Shown piece after piece: positions 12,091 to 25,000 of a stretch of DNA of 64,000 nt. This stretch comes from Raillietiella orientalis (Eukaryota). The position numbers were made by a program, and so were the translations under genes. The notes beneath the pieces were generated by a model. That model saw only the letters and a list, made by a program, of their open reading frames with translations. It was not told where the DNA came from and ran no database searches. Each line of letters begins with the position of its first letter. Position 1 is the first letter of the stretch. The stretch spans positions 868,001 to 932,000 of the forward strand of contig JAYWIR010000041.1 in assembly GCA_036172245.1 (NCBI GenBank), given 5' to 3'.

Positions 12091-15000
12091 TCACAGTCCA
12101 GGAATAATGTATGCAATATTATCAAAACATTTCAGCAAAACATCGTCTTTTATCACATTCATGTCAGGAACTTTCAATGTGAGTGTAAGAAGAGGTGCCA
12201 AAGAGCATACGAGAGAATCCAAAAGCACAGACAGACTTCCAGAAACTGCCACAGTACCCTGGAAAGGGAAACCATAAGGTCGACTTAATGCTCTTTCACC
12301 TACAGCATGTTCTTTAAGTTTGGAGCCTATATTTGTGAGGCATTCTCCAATCAAAGCAAGGTATGCAGCAACATCCACAGGTTGTGTACCAGTAGATTTC
12401 GCATTATCTTCAGAACTGTTTTCTTCAGATTGGGAAATTCTAAAACCAAACATGCAAAACTATCAACAACAAGAGTAAATTATAAAACAATAAAACACGC
12501 AGTAGTTTTGTTGAAAACAGAGATAAATGCGTGACCCTAATATATTCAATGTTCTACGAGTTTCGAAAATACACATTCATTGCTTTACATGACTGAACAA
12601 TAGCCTGCTTCTACATCCAGGATACCACATGCAAGGAGACATAACAAAAATTCTCAACCTACTTCCTATGTTTCTTTGATGATAAGTTCTTGGAAAATTT
12701 TCCAGTCGAGATGATTTTAGCTTTCTTTCCACTTTTAGTTGTTGTGTATGACAGGGCTTTTTTCTCAGATTCTCCACTCAGAGTACGTTCCACTTCATTT
12801 CGATATTTCTAGAATTAAAGTTCATAAAAAATTTAGCATAAGATCATACTTCTCTGTCAGCAGCTGGAAGCGATTTCCATATTTCGCCCAGTTTTCTCCT
12901 GATTCCAGAAAATGCTATGCACATATACGTTAATATTAATTATAATCAAGGCTGCACTCATAAAGTTTCAAATAAAGCACTTCACACTTACGAAGGTCCG
13001 GATTGCTGCGCTGCACTTGCTTTTTGGCATCACGCATCCAAAAATTAAAGGCTTGAAGATTGATGGTGTTCTACAAGTACATAGGATCCCAAATAAACTT
13101 TTCAAACTTAGTTTCCAATTGTTTTTATTCTATTCAGAATGAATCCAAATCGTTTGAGTAAAATGATTTATTAACATTAAGTGAAAGGGACTGCTTATTT
13201 TATGATTAACAGAAAAAAATGTCATCACTATCCAAGAAGACTAGACTTTTCTTTGGGTGAACAGAAAAATGGCACAAAGCACCAAAAACACTGAACATAA
13301 AACACACAGTTGTTAGTGCTCACCAACACTGTCTTGAAAAAAAGACTACAACAAGACATCACTGACAGTGGCACAAACAACTTCTAATTATATGGCACTT
13401 CACGACTAGAAAACAACACAACACTCAAAGTAACCAATTACCAATACTAAACTCTTTGATTAGGAATTCTAACAAGACTATTTTCCTAACTCAAGATTAA
13501 GCTAGTGCACACAATTAATTACAATTCAGACATATTCCAAAATAGTGGCCAACTTCCTCTGGAGGCACTGGGTGAAGATTTCAAATCAAGGTTTTTTGTC
13601 TGTTATAAAAAGAGACTTGCAAAACAAAAGTTGACTCCAATTGGCACAAAAAAGATGAAATTCACAAAGATGCACAAATCTAAGTTCCAAGGAGAGGCCA
13701 CTGTACAATTATGATTGGAGCACTGGATACTGCACTACCTGACTCTCCAATAGCACCTTTCAATTGCAGATAGCAGGGAGGAAATGGAGTCCAATTACTT
13801 ACCACAGTTAGAAAGAGGTGCTACAGAATTAGCTGGATGAAGAGATAGAATTGGAGTCAGTCTTCCTGAAATAGGAGCTGAACAGAATGAAGAATGCATA
13901 GAAGAGGAAGAGACTTGCAAGGACTCCTCAAGGATATTCAAAGACTCGGTTAGATAACTTTGGAATGCTGTCATGGCAGCAACAATAGCAGGTGTACCAA
14001 AGCCATGGGTGATTCTGGAAAATTTCTCCAAAGACGTCTGGACATCTGCATCCAGAATGGCGGTGGGATTGGTGTGGCACAATGGTGATCGATCTTTGTT
14101 TAACACATCTTTAAAGCCAAAAACCACTTGGCTAGCAGCTAACAGCAGGTTTCTATAGCGGACTTGTTCCATGGCTTCTCCTTGCTGCTGGCACATATAC
14201 AATGCCACATCCCTTGCTGGAAATTCGGTCTCACAAACAAATCCAAAGTCTTTGGCAAGATGAATGGCTTCACTTTCCACAAGGGCAGTGAGTAATGTGG
14301 TGCAATTGGACCGACGCCAACCAGCAGGAATACTCATTCCCAGACCTGATAACTTTTGACGAAGCACCTGTCCAGCATTTTTTGATTTGGCTCTACGCAA
14401 CATAGAACCCAAAATGGATACATTCAGGCTCTCAGGGGGAATCAGACGACGTTGGATTTCTCCCACAGTCACACGATATTTGGGAGTCGAGCTCAACAGA
14501 GATAGACGCCCTGGTACTGTGCAGAACACATCTGAAGCATCGACATGAGATGCTAATTTATAAAAAAAGTCTTTATCTCGAGTCAAATCTTCTTCAGTTT
14601 CAAAATCATTTCTGCTAATTACAGAGGTTCCTGAAAAATCTCCATCGAAATTCATGGGATCATCCTCTTCCTCACTATCAGCATCTCCTTCCAAGTCTTC
14701 ATCAGAAAGGATTGCTTTATTCTTTGGCCATTTTGGGAAGGAATGAACACTACTTGCTTGTTGAGTGAATGACTTGCAAGTAACTGTCTCTGTCCCATTA
14801 TTAATCCACGAATCTCTCAAACTCAAATCCAGGACCTGTTCAACTGGCCACTCCTGATTTGTGGGCTTCTGAAGCAACTGTTTGAGCAGCTGCTTTGATG
14901 CACTGTTACAAGTTACATCCCCATTGACCCCCTTGTTGGATACACTTTCATCCTCCTTCTTTATTAGTGTTTTAATAACATCTTCTGACTGATCCTGTGG

Positions 15001-18000
15001 CAAGTTTTTGTGGCTCACAAGCAGCTGAAAGAAGGCAGCACGTCAGAAACACAAAAAGGCAGGATGAAAATTCGTTACAGACAAAGTTCTGACCTGTTGA
15101 TCTGAAACAAGTAACTCAATTCTTTTAATATATCTTAAATCATACTCAACATGAACTAGTAATTCACCATGAATGAAACTACTACGATTCATATTAGCTA
15201 CTTGATGAGAATGCTGTTCAGCATCTTACAAGAATATCTGATTGTTACTATAATTTAAACGCAATAATTTTTTTTACATCTTACATGGTTCTTATGTATC
15301 AAGACTATGGAAAACAGAGCAATATTACCATGCTTGACTGAAAAGCTTAACATGACAAATCCAATGAACTACTTTTTTAATGCTTCATTCCAGATAACTG
15401 TAGGCTTACTGGACACACATGGCAAATGCACAGAAATATCTATTATAGGCCTAAATTTTGCCTAAAATCATTGAAACCTCAACATTTTGCTATATTTTTA
15501 TGAGCACCTCATGAAACAAAAATCTGCCATATGTTTTTGTGCAGGAAGCATAGAATTTAATATTGAGTACAATCATGGAATCACTAAGTCATGTATTCTG
15601 TACTAACAACTTGAACTAAACCTATAAAATATTTGTCTACCTGAGACAAGTGCTTGCCAATGAATAACTTCACATCATTTAGATATCTATACAAAGCACA
15701 AAGACCTTTGCACACCATATACACCCTGGATCTTAACATCATTTACAGTTAATCAAATAGGGGAGAGTTACAGCTACAGGAAACAGCCAAATATAAACCT
15801 ATTACAACTACAACAAATAATTAGCCTGATGAACCATACAAGAATCAATCCAATTTCAATTCATTATGACTTGTTGCTCATTATTTAACTTGCACAATTA
15901 AATACTCACCTGTGATTTTGCATCTCGTTTGAAATCCATTTCGTCAGCAGCATCTAAAATATCAAAAATTATGGTGACTGTAAGAAACATTTAGAGAATC
16001 ATCTTCTTTAGGGCACATGCATTGAAACATAGAAAAATTAAAGAAAGCTTGCAATACTGAAGCTATGCTATTTTTTGAAACCACACAAGGGATTCCTAAG
16101 TATAGAAATTATAAAAAAATTCATAACAATATGCAAAATGAAAAGTCATAGCAGAAACACCAAACTCACTCAAACAGACTGAAATAGAAAAGGTAATCAA
16201 AAATACACATTGAAACATGAGCACACGGAATTCAATGCACAAGTTCTGAAAGCAGCAGACTTTTTTCTAAATGTACATATTTATTCCTGGTAAATTGAAT
16301 GACAAAGAGTTGTCAACTACAAACATCACCACTCAAGTAATCACTATGGAAAAAGCTTCAATGAACAATCCAAGTCACATCTCATGATGTCTTACAAAAT
16401 GAAACAGCAAGACATTTTCAATTATTCAAAATGTTTTTTTCTTTTTTATCAATAGGGTATAAGTTGCACCAAAGAAGGTACCACACGAATTTACTAAATT
16501 AAAAGCTAATGAAAATATATGCAAGTCTAGCTGCTTAGCCAATTGTATGGGATGCAGGCTAAAACTTACTAGGGCATTCAATTTTTGCTCAGTTGCTAAC
16601 GTTTAAGTGGATGGCTCCAAGAAATCAACAAATTAACATATAAATAGAAAACTATTTGAATAAGCAGCTTAAAAAACTGAATTTCATTGAACATTTTGCA
16701 TGCACAACATCCAATAAAGTAAACTGATCAAGCATATAGAAGGAATGCTGGACATTAAAATGTTCACATTTTATTGCAAATTATATTAGTATGTAAGTTA
16801 CACTCGATGAAAAACAACAGGAACAAATGCATAGCATTTCTCCTGTGTTTTTAATCTTAGCACAAGACTCTAAACTGAGTGAAAACAAGAACAAATTACT
16901 GATTACTGCTGACTATCAGCAACTATATTACACAATAATGATAACTAGCACAAAATTATCATTGTCAGCACTTTCATTTTGTTTTACACTTCTGTATTTT
17001 CATGAGCTCTAAATCTCACTTTATAAACAAAACACCGACATTCAACAGAAAACCACAGCAAATTAGCACCTCTATGTCAATGTATGAGCATCTACTAGTG
17101 CTTTTTATTTGAGCTGGGAATTCTTCTCCACATTAATTAAGCAACTCACCTGATGATTTGCTTAGTGTATTCCCTTCATTTATTTCATAAAAATCTTCAC
17201 TGAGCATGGAAAATGAATCTGGATTCTAAAATAAATATTTCAAAAGTTTTAGATGCATTCTACATGAAAAATGCTTTTATGACACATCAAATTACAAAAC
17301 TCTCATTAGTCAAAAACAACTGTTGAACATTGAATTATTTTGATGTTACTAAACTGGAATCAGAACACAGGTATAAATACCAACTATATATTAACTGCTG
17401 ATAAAATTGAAATCTGAAAATACTAGATGGCAACAATGCTAGATTACAAATTTTCAATACATAAATAAAGTAATGAGATTACACACATGCAGTATGGATT
17501 TCTAATTCAAAAAACTGCTATTTATTAGTATTACTGTAGTGATTACCTTGAACTTAATTAAAGGTTTCTTTGATCTTACAGATGCCTCTGTAGCTGGTTT
17601 TGTTTTGGTAGGGGATGACTTTGACTTCTTTGGCGAATCATTGATTAACACACCTTTTTTCTTTACCTTTTCTTGATTGTTTTCTTCAGAAGAATTCAAA
17701 TCAAATAATTTTGATGACTTCTTTCTTATACGACCAGATCTAGATACACCACACACCTCAAATTCTAAAACCAATGTCCATTAATTAAAATGATGATTCA
17801 CAACATTTATTGAACATTGAGAAATTGAAGGAATTAATTGTGATGCTTACAAAACATGCTAAAAATGCTAGGAATTCAAACCTCAGAAACAATGCACAGT
17901 GATGTCATGATGCATTTTGAAAATACCAAATATTTTTTCAAATAGCATAATGAAGGAAGTTCTGCACCAAAATGGTTGCATAGTATTTTTTGTAAAGAGG

Positions 18001-21000
18001 ACCTCACTTTTTTTTTTATTGTTTTGATATATTTCATTACATGTGTACATATTTTATCACGATGTCTTTCACAATACCTGATTAAAAGAACCTAATGCTG
18101 CATACATTGATGATAACAAGCAAACACAATTTGCACATGCAATAATGGACATATTTATTTTTCTGTTCTCAGTGCTCATTCTGTCCTGCTGATGACTGGG
18201 TGTTTATCATCATCATAATTTACAGAGTTCCATTTCTGATTTTTTAAATCTGTAAGTTTCCTGTTTCAGTTGGGCCACAATGAAATATGTTCCTTCTTTA
18301 TTGTTTTTCTGTTTTCAAATATTTATTGTTGAACTGTTTTCAGAAATTGAAAGTAAACACTATGGTTTCCAATTACTGATGCAATATACTTTGCAAACAG
18401 AAAAACATATTTTCTAGTTTGTATAATGGTTATTGATTTAGTTTATCAGATAAAATGTACTTGAGGAACAAGACATGGTGAAATTAATATTTGATAACAA
18501 TGAAGGTGATGATATAATAGAATAATATTGTTTACAGTGGGTTATTTGAATCATTATGATGAAATGAAAAGAAATAAATACATTATATATTTTAAGCACA
18601 CAACCAATATTCTTTTACATTTACAGTTGGGCAAATCTTAAATCAAATACAGCAATGAGTAAAATTTTGGATACAGTCAATAAGCTACTAGAATGAAGCA
18701 TCTTAATGTTTCAGTGAAGTTTGAAAAAAAAGTCTGGGAAGGAAGGACAGAATCCTCAAAGCCTTGCAAATACAAATATACAATTAGTTGATGATGATGA
18801 CCAAGCAAACAAATGCTATGGGATAATGAACAGAAAGTAACTTGGATGGATGTCAGTTACATTTCATTGTTCAATGTGTTCAGTTATAGACCAGTTACAC
18901 TTTGTTTTGCGTATACTGACAGGCTAAATGGAAATGAATTCACTAAAAAAATCGACACTAGCTAAAGGTAAGAAATCACACATGCACACAGAAGAATGGG
19001 AATCATAAAAGGTGAATTACAAAACCAAAAACAAAACATTAAATGCTCATAGTAGTAAAACAGGATCCAGTTCAAATGAGAACCAACTGAAAGATGTAAA
19101 AAAATTCGACTATAGCAATTACAAATAAAAATGAAAATACTTTATTACACATAAATATCAACAAAAAATGACAACCTTTTATAGTTTCTTCTGGTGATTA
19201 ATCTTCTATGAAGAAGAAATCATAATGCAAAACTAAGATAATTCTGATATTTAAAAATAAACACATCTTGCTAGATATGTTTGCAATGGAAAATGCAATA
19301 ATGACTGCAGTAAACATATTTTTTTCAGGGAGAATGGAGGATGCAATTGATTCTCCACAAGATGAATAGTAGCAAATGATTAAAATATGTACGATTTTAC
19401 AAAAAAAAACCCACAATATACAACTACCAATGTAATTTCCTTTGTCCTGCATATAATCATCGAATAAATAATTTCATCTTTCTGTCTTAAAGATTTCTGT
19501 GGTTCTAATGCATTCTATGCATACTTTAAATAGAAATTGAGGGTCACTATTATATCAGTAGTTTACCAAGTAATTACATCAATATATTCCTACTACTTTA
19601 TGGGAAAATTTGAATTCCAAATTGGGAAATAATTTTCCTATTTGAAGAAACGTCGATATTTCTATGCTATGCATGAATTCCTTTAATCATGTTTTAAAAT
19701 ACTCATCAATTCATCTTGTTAATGCCATTGTCAAATAGTTTATTGTTCATCTTACTTAAAACAATTATTTTACGCCAAATCACTAAAATCATTTTTACAT
19801 TTGTTGATGCTAAACCCAATGTAACCATAATACTCATATTATTCAAAAAACTCTTTAATATATTCAAAGTGTCCTTAATAATTAAGATGAAGGAAAACGA
19901 TAATACTGATTTAATTCAATATGACTGGTGATGGGGTAATACTGGTTGTGCAACTTTCATTGTCAACTCAATGCCTATAACTTTATAATTTCAAGGTTTA
20001 AATAGACTTTCACCCTACAGTGTCTTCTGAATGGAGAATTCATTTGAAAAAAGAAAATAATGCCTGGAGTTATACAATTAATTAATGTCCCCACTAGAAA
20101 TTTTACTTTTCATTCTCACAAAAATCACCATCTATGTTTTCTAGAATTCATCTTGCTAAAATGCTCTTCTCTGATATCCACAGTGGTGGAAATAAATCTT
20201 TGATGTTATCAGGATGATCAGAAATACTGTAGAATATTATCACATAACTGACTCATCACTGACTTTTTAACAATACTTTCTCTTTATATCAAACTCAAAC
20301 TCCAAAAAGTGCCACTTGATGAATTTGGCTCTCAAAATCTCTTCAAACTGCCAACAACAAACTCGAAGAGTACAACTAAACAGTTCTCAGGGCTGCTAAT
20401 TAAATGTATGTTGATTTTTGCATGACTCAAAATAAGGTATGCTTGATCTTAGCAAAGTTTCTAAGTTTCTTACAACTGAGCTTGTTATGGCAGCATAAAA
20501 ACTTTCACAAATATTAGATTAGTCTAATGGTTTCATAATATATATTCACTACTATCACAGTCTGTTACACACATCACCAAAGCATCACTTCAAAACTGAA
20601 AGTGAAAATTGGTTCAATATATCTTTCAACATTAAAGATAACAATACTTTCATTTTCAAAGTAAATCCAATTCCAATTTTTAAGCACATTGCATTCTAAG
20701 TCTCAAAATTTAGAATTTTCTCTGTCCAATTTGCCACATGATTGGCCAACTGCAAACACCTTGCCAACAAGAGTACACACATGACCATGCAGAATTCTGG
20801 ATGTCAATTTTACTCAGAATTTTATCAATTTTTTCGAATCATATTATTTTATATGCTTTCTGAGGAAAATGGGTAGTCAAAGTCAAATAGACCTTTGCTA
20901 TTTTAGTACAGTCAAGTGGACAAAAATCTTGCGCTATTAGTACATATTGGGCTTGTTTTTGAAACAAATTGATGTATAATATGGAATACTCCAAAACCAC

Positions 21001-22024
21001 CAAAATATGATAGATTCTACATGAATGAAGATTTCTGTTCACTAGTTATCTACTTTCCGGACTCAATAACATCACATTTCTTAGAAATGTTTGGGAATAA
21101 ATGGGATTTTTCCCCAGCTACTCCTATTAGAAAACTAAGCCTTTTTTGAAAGGTAAACTTTTATTTCTTAACTGGATGATTTGCTTAATTATTTCTGAAA
21201 AGCACTTCAACAGGAGAATACTTAAATAAGTTGTATGATGGTGATATACAGCACATTAATGGTCAAGCTGCTGTTGGCTGGACTCAGTGGTTTGCAAGTA
21301 AAAACATTGGAAAACAGAATATTCTTGGATTTCAAAGAAGAGAGTATTACTCACAGTAGTATGGAAAAAAAAGGGCTCTAATGAACTATGTGCACTTGAA
21401 ACAATAATAATTACTTCTGCTATCGGGGTTTGAGGGAAACAAATTTTAAAAATGAGTTTCTGACGCCATAAACTTAAAAAACTGTTTGACTTTCATCTGA
21501 TAGTCCGCTTAGTAAAATTATTAAGCAATAGTTTTACATCCTTGCATACATGTAGACAAGGAAACATTAATCAAGTTTCTAAGATGCTGAAATTTCATTG
21601 TAAAAGTTTTCTAGACTATCCATGATAAAGACCCCAATACTGAGAATCAGTACAATGACACCGGAGGCTGCTACAGTTTCAAAGAACATCTGATGTATTC
21701 ATGCAACTGAGGCTTATTATATATGAAGCATATAATGTAACTTGGCAGGGAGATGTAAACAAATTCAACAACACTAATGACAGTTGAAAAAAAACACCAA
21801 CATTACAAAAGTCAAATAACATTATATCCTTTCGAAATAACGCCTCTGAATGTCACAGATGCATTCAATGAATCTCAGAGTTTCGTTTTAATTGTGCAGA
21901 AAAGCTGTTGAAATTTGAACTCACCTGACTCTCTTGAGCGTTTTGTTTTGGGCTCTTCCATTTCACTTTCTTGTAAATATTCGTAATCACATTCATCTTT
22001 CCTCTTCTTTGGAGATTTTGACAT
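12091..22024 (-). CDS. HMGXB4: HMG domain-containing protein 4 (HMGXB4)-like, 9 exons
   Basis: Exons 22024-21925, 17764-17547, 17225-17150, 15953-15910, 13070-12992, 12914-12850, 12808-12663, 12439-12304, 12258-12091, all GT-AG with matching phases. N-terminal motif [21 protein letters not shown] box [46 protein letters not shown]-terminal signature [13 protein letters not shown]...[23 protein letters not shown]...[16 protein letters not shown] at 12075-12080. Confidence 0.9.
13124..13172 (-). terminator. Candidate polyadenylation signals for the AP-2-terminated transcript
   Basis: Two AATAAA hexamers on the minus strand (13167-13172, 13124-13129) lie between the AP-2 stop and the first HMG-box exon acceptor (13071). 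The region is AT-rich, so chance occurrence is possible. Confidence 0.4.
13795..15024 (-). CDS. TFAP2: Transcription factor AP-2 (TFAP2) family domain as a single large exon nested in HMGXB4 intron 4; probable alternative terminal exon
   Basis: Intact ORF containing [71 protein letters not shown] and [13 protein letters not shown]. There is no ATG at its 5' end (the ORF track start is GTG). It is preceded by CTGAC...CTTCTTTCAG, an acceptor at 15025/15024 in phase 0. Confidence 0.93.
   Translation of the reverse strand: MLVSHKNLPQDQSEDVIKTLIKKEDESVSNKGVNGDVTCNSASKQLLKQLLQKPTNQEWPVEQVLDLSLRDSWINNGTETVTCKSFTQQASSVHSFPKWPKNKAILSDEDLEGDADSEEEDDPMNFDGDFSGTSVISRNDFETEEDLTRDKDFFYKLASHVDASDVFCTVPGRLSLLSSTPKYRVTVGEIQRRLIPPESLNVSILGSMLRRAKSKNAGQVLRQKLSGLGMSIPAGWRRSNCTTLLTALVESEAIHLAKDFGFVCETEFPARDVALYMCQQQGEAMEQVRYRNLLLAASQVVFGFKDVLNKDRSPLCHTNPTAILDADVQTSLEKFSRITHGFGTPAIVAAMTAFQSYLTESLNILEESLQVSSSSMHSSFCSAPISGRLTPILSLHPANSVAPLSNCGK
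21192..21424 (+). mobile_element. Possible decayed mariner transposase fragment in HMGXB4 intron 1
   Basis: FLKSTSTGE...YD and [13 protein letters not shown]...TIIITS loosely resemble the mariner FL.RIVTGDEKW..YDN and KVMLSVWWD.KG...TI.S motifs, in the expected order. Confidence 0.3.
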
Positions 22025-25000
22025 ATCGATATACTCATGAACTTCGATTCCATTTAATCATTAGGACATGTTTTCTAGATATGTTAACGAATTCATTCCC
22101 GTTCTTCCCTAATTGCAACCCTGTGAACAAATCGATACAGGAATCGCAATGAGACAAAAATAGCCTGAGGCGTAAGTAGGGAATGGAGCATCAATATTGC
22201 TTCTAGAGTCCATCTCCACATATCCTAATAAGTGATTTGAAAAGCCTTATCCTAACTGAAATTCAATATTATTTACGTAAGAAATAGGAGCTGGAAATGG
22301 CCTTTCACTAGACACACATAAGTTGCAATTTTCATTGTTTTCAAAAAGTCATATTTATGGCATAAACAAACGCTTGGGGTAGTAGCAGTACTACTTTAAT
22401 ATCATGCTCACAAATAGTAAAGAATTGTGGAAGTGAGAATCTGAGAAATTGATTAGGTAGGTATTTTTCTCACACAAAGATTATGCACAGTAGCGTTATC
22501 GAAGCATGAAATTTGTATATGCAATGGCATTCGTAATTTTTTTGAACCCGTTGAAATTTCAAAAAGCTAGGAATGCTCAATGCTACTCAACTTGCTTTTG
22601 GATTTGTTTTCTTGAAGAGGAATGATATCTTACAGTAGAAATACATATCAACCTTGGCCGGTCCTGGGCTTGTATTTACTCAGTCTTGGAGTCAAGAATT
22701 TTCCACATCCCTTGCTAGTAAATGGCATCATCTATGCGAGCAAAGGGGAAATTTGTGTGGAGATGAGAACCGGACTTTTCTGTTGCTCCCAGAATCGGAT
22801 TTCGAAATGTGAAAATTCGAGCCAAATTCATCAGTTTGAATTTGAATTTATCGGGACTATTTATTCCATCAAGATCACAGGCCGGTTTCCGTTCCTCCAA
22901 CTTATCGCTAATTCCAGTTTGCTGTATTTCTGCCTACTTGCATCGTTTTGGATAAAGTCACATCCTTAACCACACTCATATGTACTAATATCAAACTTGC
23001 TTTAATTTGCTAATATCTTCGAAATGATACTTACTTTAGTAAATTTATCTTTTTTATTAGGTAAAATGCTTGCAACAATTATAAGTTCTCTTGCTCGAAG
23101 TTGATAAGATTTTAGAGATTCTCTTATATAATGGTTTCCAAAAGAAAAAAAAAAAAAATTGAAGCTGTCAACTAAATAGTTCAGTGCATTTTGACATTTG
23201 ATTGACTCAGGACAAACGAATCCTAGCATAAGGGTTTCTCCCCAGAGATACTGTTCTAGGATCAAGGGCGAATCATACGTGTATCAAAATTTCTTTATCT
23301 GAACCTTTCTAAAGTTACAGATTCTTCCGACCTTTCAATCCGTAGTGTCTTTCAGATTATTTATGAGACTGTACGCAATTATCAAGAGAGAAGGAAGTGA
23401 ATTTCTCTCTTCGAAAAAGCTAGGGATTTTCCATTTGAATTCTCCGTTCCAGTTGGTTCGCTTTCCTGCAACTGTCTAAATACGTCCATCAAACTGCAAA
23501 GGGAAGTCTCAGACTTTGTAGTTTTTGAGCTAAAAGTATGTAAGGTACTTATAATACGGTTACTGTCGGCAGGCAAGAAGGCGTGTTTAAGCCCAAAAGG
23601 CAAGGTTGAAAGAACAAGACAGGTCCGTGAGGTTCCCTTCCTTTCCTTTTAATTTCCTAATTTCCGTCAGAAAACAAAAACGAACAACGTTTCTGCTGCA
23701 TCTTTTCAGAAGAGGAGAGACAGTTGAAAATCTGCTACTGAGGAGGGCCAATCTTGACTCTTACTGTTTGATTACTAGAGTGCCATGATGATTATGTACA
23801 GCTCGTATGACTTGTCCAACTCGAGGATGGACAAGTGCTCACGAAGCTGATGTTCACGAAAAGATATGTTTCAAGGTTCACAGATGCCTACTGAGCGAAG
23901 ACTGGTTCCAGATAGAAAGTGACCATGACACGCAGATATCGAAAGCATTGCATATCTGGTGTTTTCAAGTAGCAGAAGCAAACTTGCATGTAAGCGGAAA
24001 AGAGGAACTTCACTAAGGATAAAAAAACAAAAAAGATTAGACATGGTGATTTTAGGAACGCAGAACTTTTTTCCTAGAAGGAAGACTAATTCGAAAAAAA
24101 GAAAAAAAGCGGTCACTTCAATGAATAGTTTCTTTAAAGAAAAAAAAACACGATACTTTAGTTCAAATTATTTGCTACATCCTCTGTGCGAACTCGAAAT
24201 GGTTCCAGGAAATAGTACTCTAATCACTGCTGCTTGCTTAGAACTCATTCTATGCATTAGGCTCGCGGGACAAAAAATGAAGGAAAAAAAAAGCTAGAAC
24301 CAGCAAGTTGAGGAGACGTGTTCTTGGACCATCGTGGTGGCGATGCACGAACAGAACAGCAGCATGTAGTTAAAGAGGAACGTTCCGCGCTGTGTACACA
24401 AGAAGGAACAGTTGCATACGAAACGGAAAGCTGCTCAGCATCACAGTGCCTATTCAGAGCTTCAGTGATTTCAACGACTTGCTGAGGATTTCTTTTTCCT
24501 TGTCATTTGGTCTCAATCGACTTTCCGAGTTCGTATCTCTTTTGTTCTCCATCTTCAAATACGCTTATGCACAAAGTGCACATTTCATTCATGTATTTTG
24601 ATTCGATTGGCCAACAGCATTTGTATTCTTTATTTCCAGTATGAAATGAAGGAGAAACTTCCACTGGGATGGATTCTTTTTCCAATTTTTTTCTAAGTAA
24701 GGAGACTATCATAGCTGCATTTCGAGTTGTGTTTCGCTTCATGATTTTGATAAAACTTTTAGGAAACTCTCTTCGGAGTCTGCGATTTCAAGACTCTTCG
24801 AGGTCTTTCGAGTTCGTCACTTCCTTCCTGAGGACAGAAGGGTGGGAAAGGTGCACGCATGGTCAGTCATCTATGGAGCGTTTCTCGTTTTCAGAGTGTC
24901 TTGGCAACTTAATAGAGAATCCAAGTGAGTGTTTCTCCTATCTGAACTGAGAGAAAGCTATGATGCCGCTGCTGCTACTTGATACTGTAGAAGGTGTTAC

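Noticed and set aside
15094..15101. Possible 8-nt microexon (tttcag|ATCAACAG|gtcaga) upstream of the AP-2 exon
   Set aside because: It would shift the frame, and such a short match is easily chance.
19150..20500. AT-rich, coding-looking stretch in HMGXB4 intron 1 (NUMT or transposase relic?)
   Set aside because: Many stops in the frames examined and no identifiable motif.
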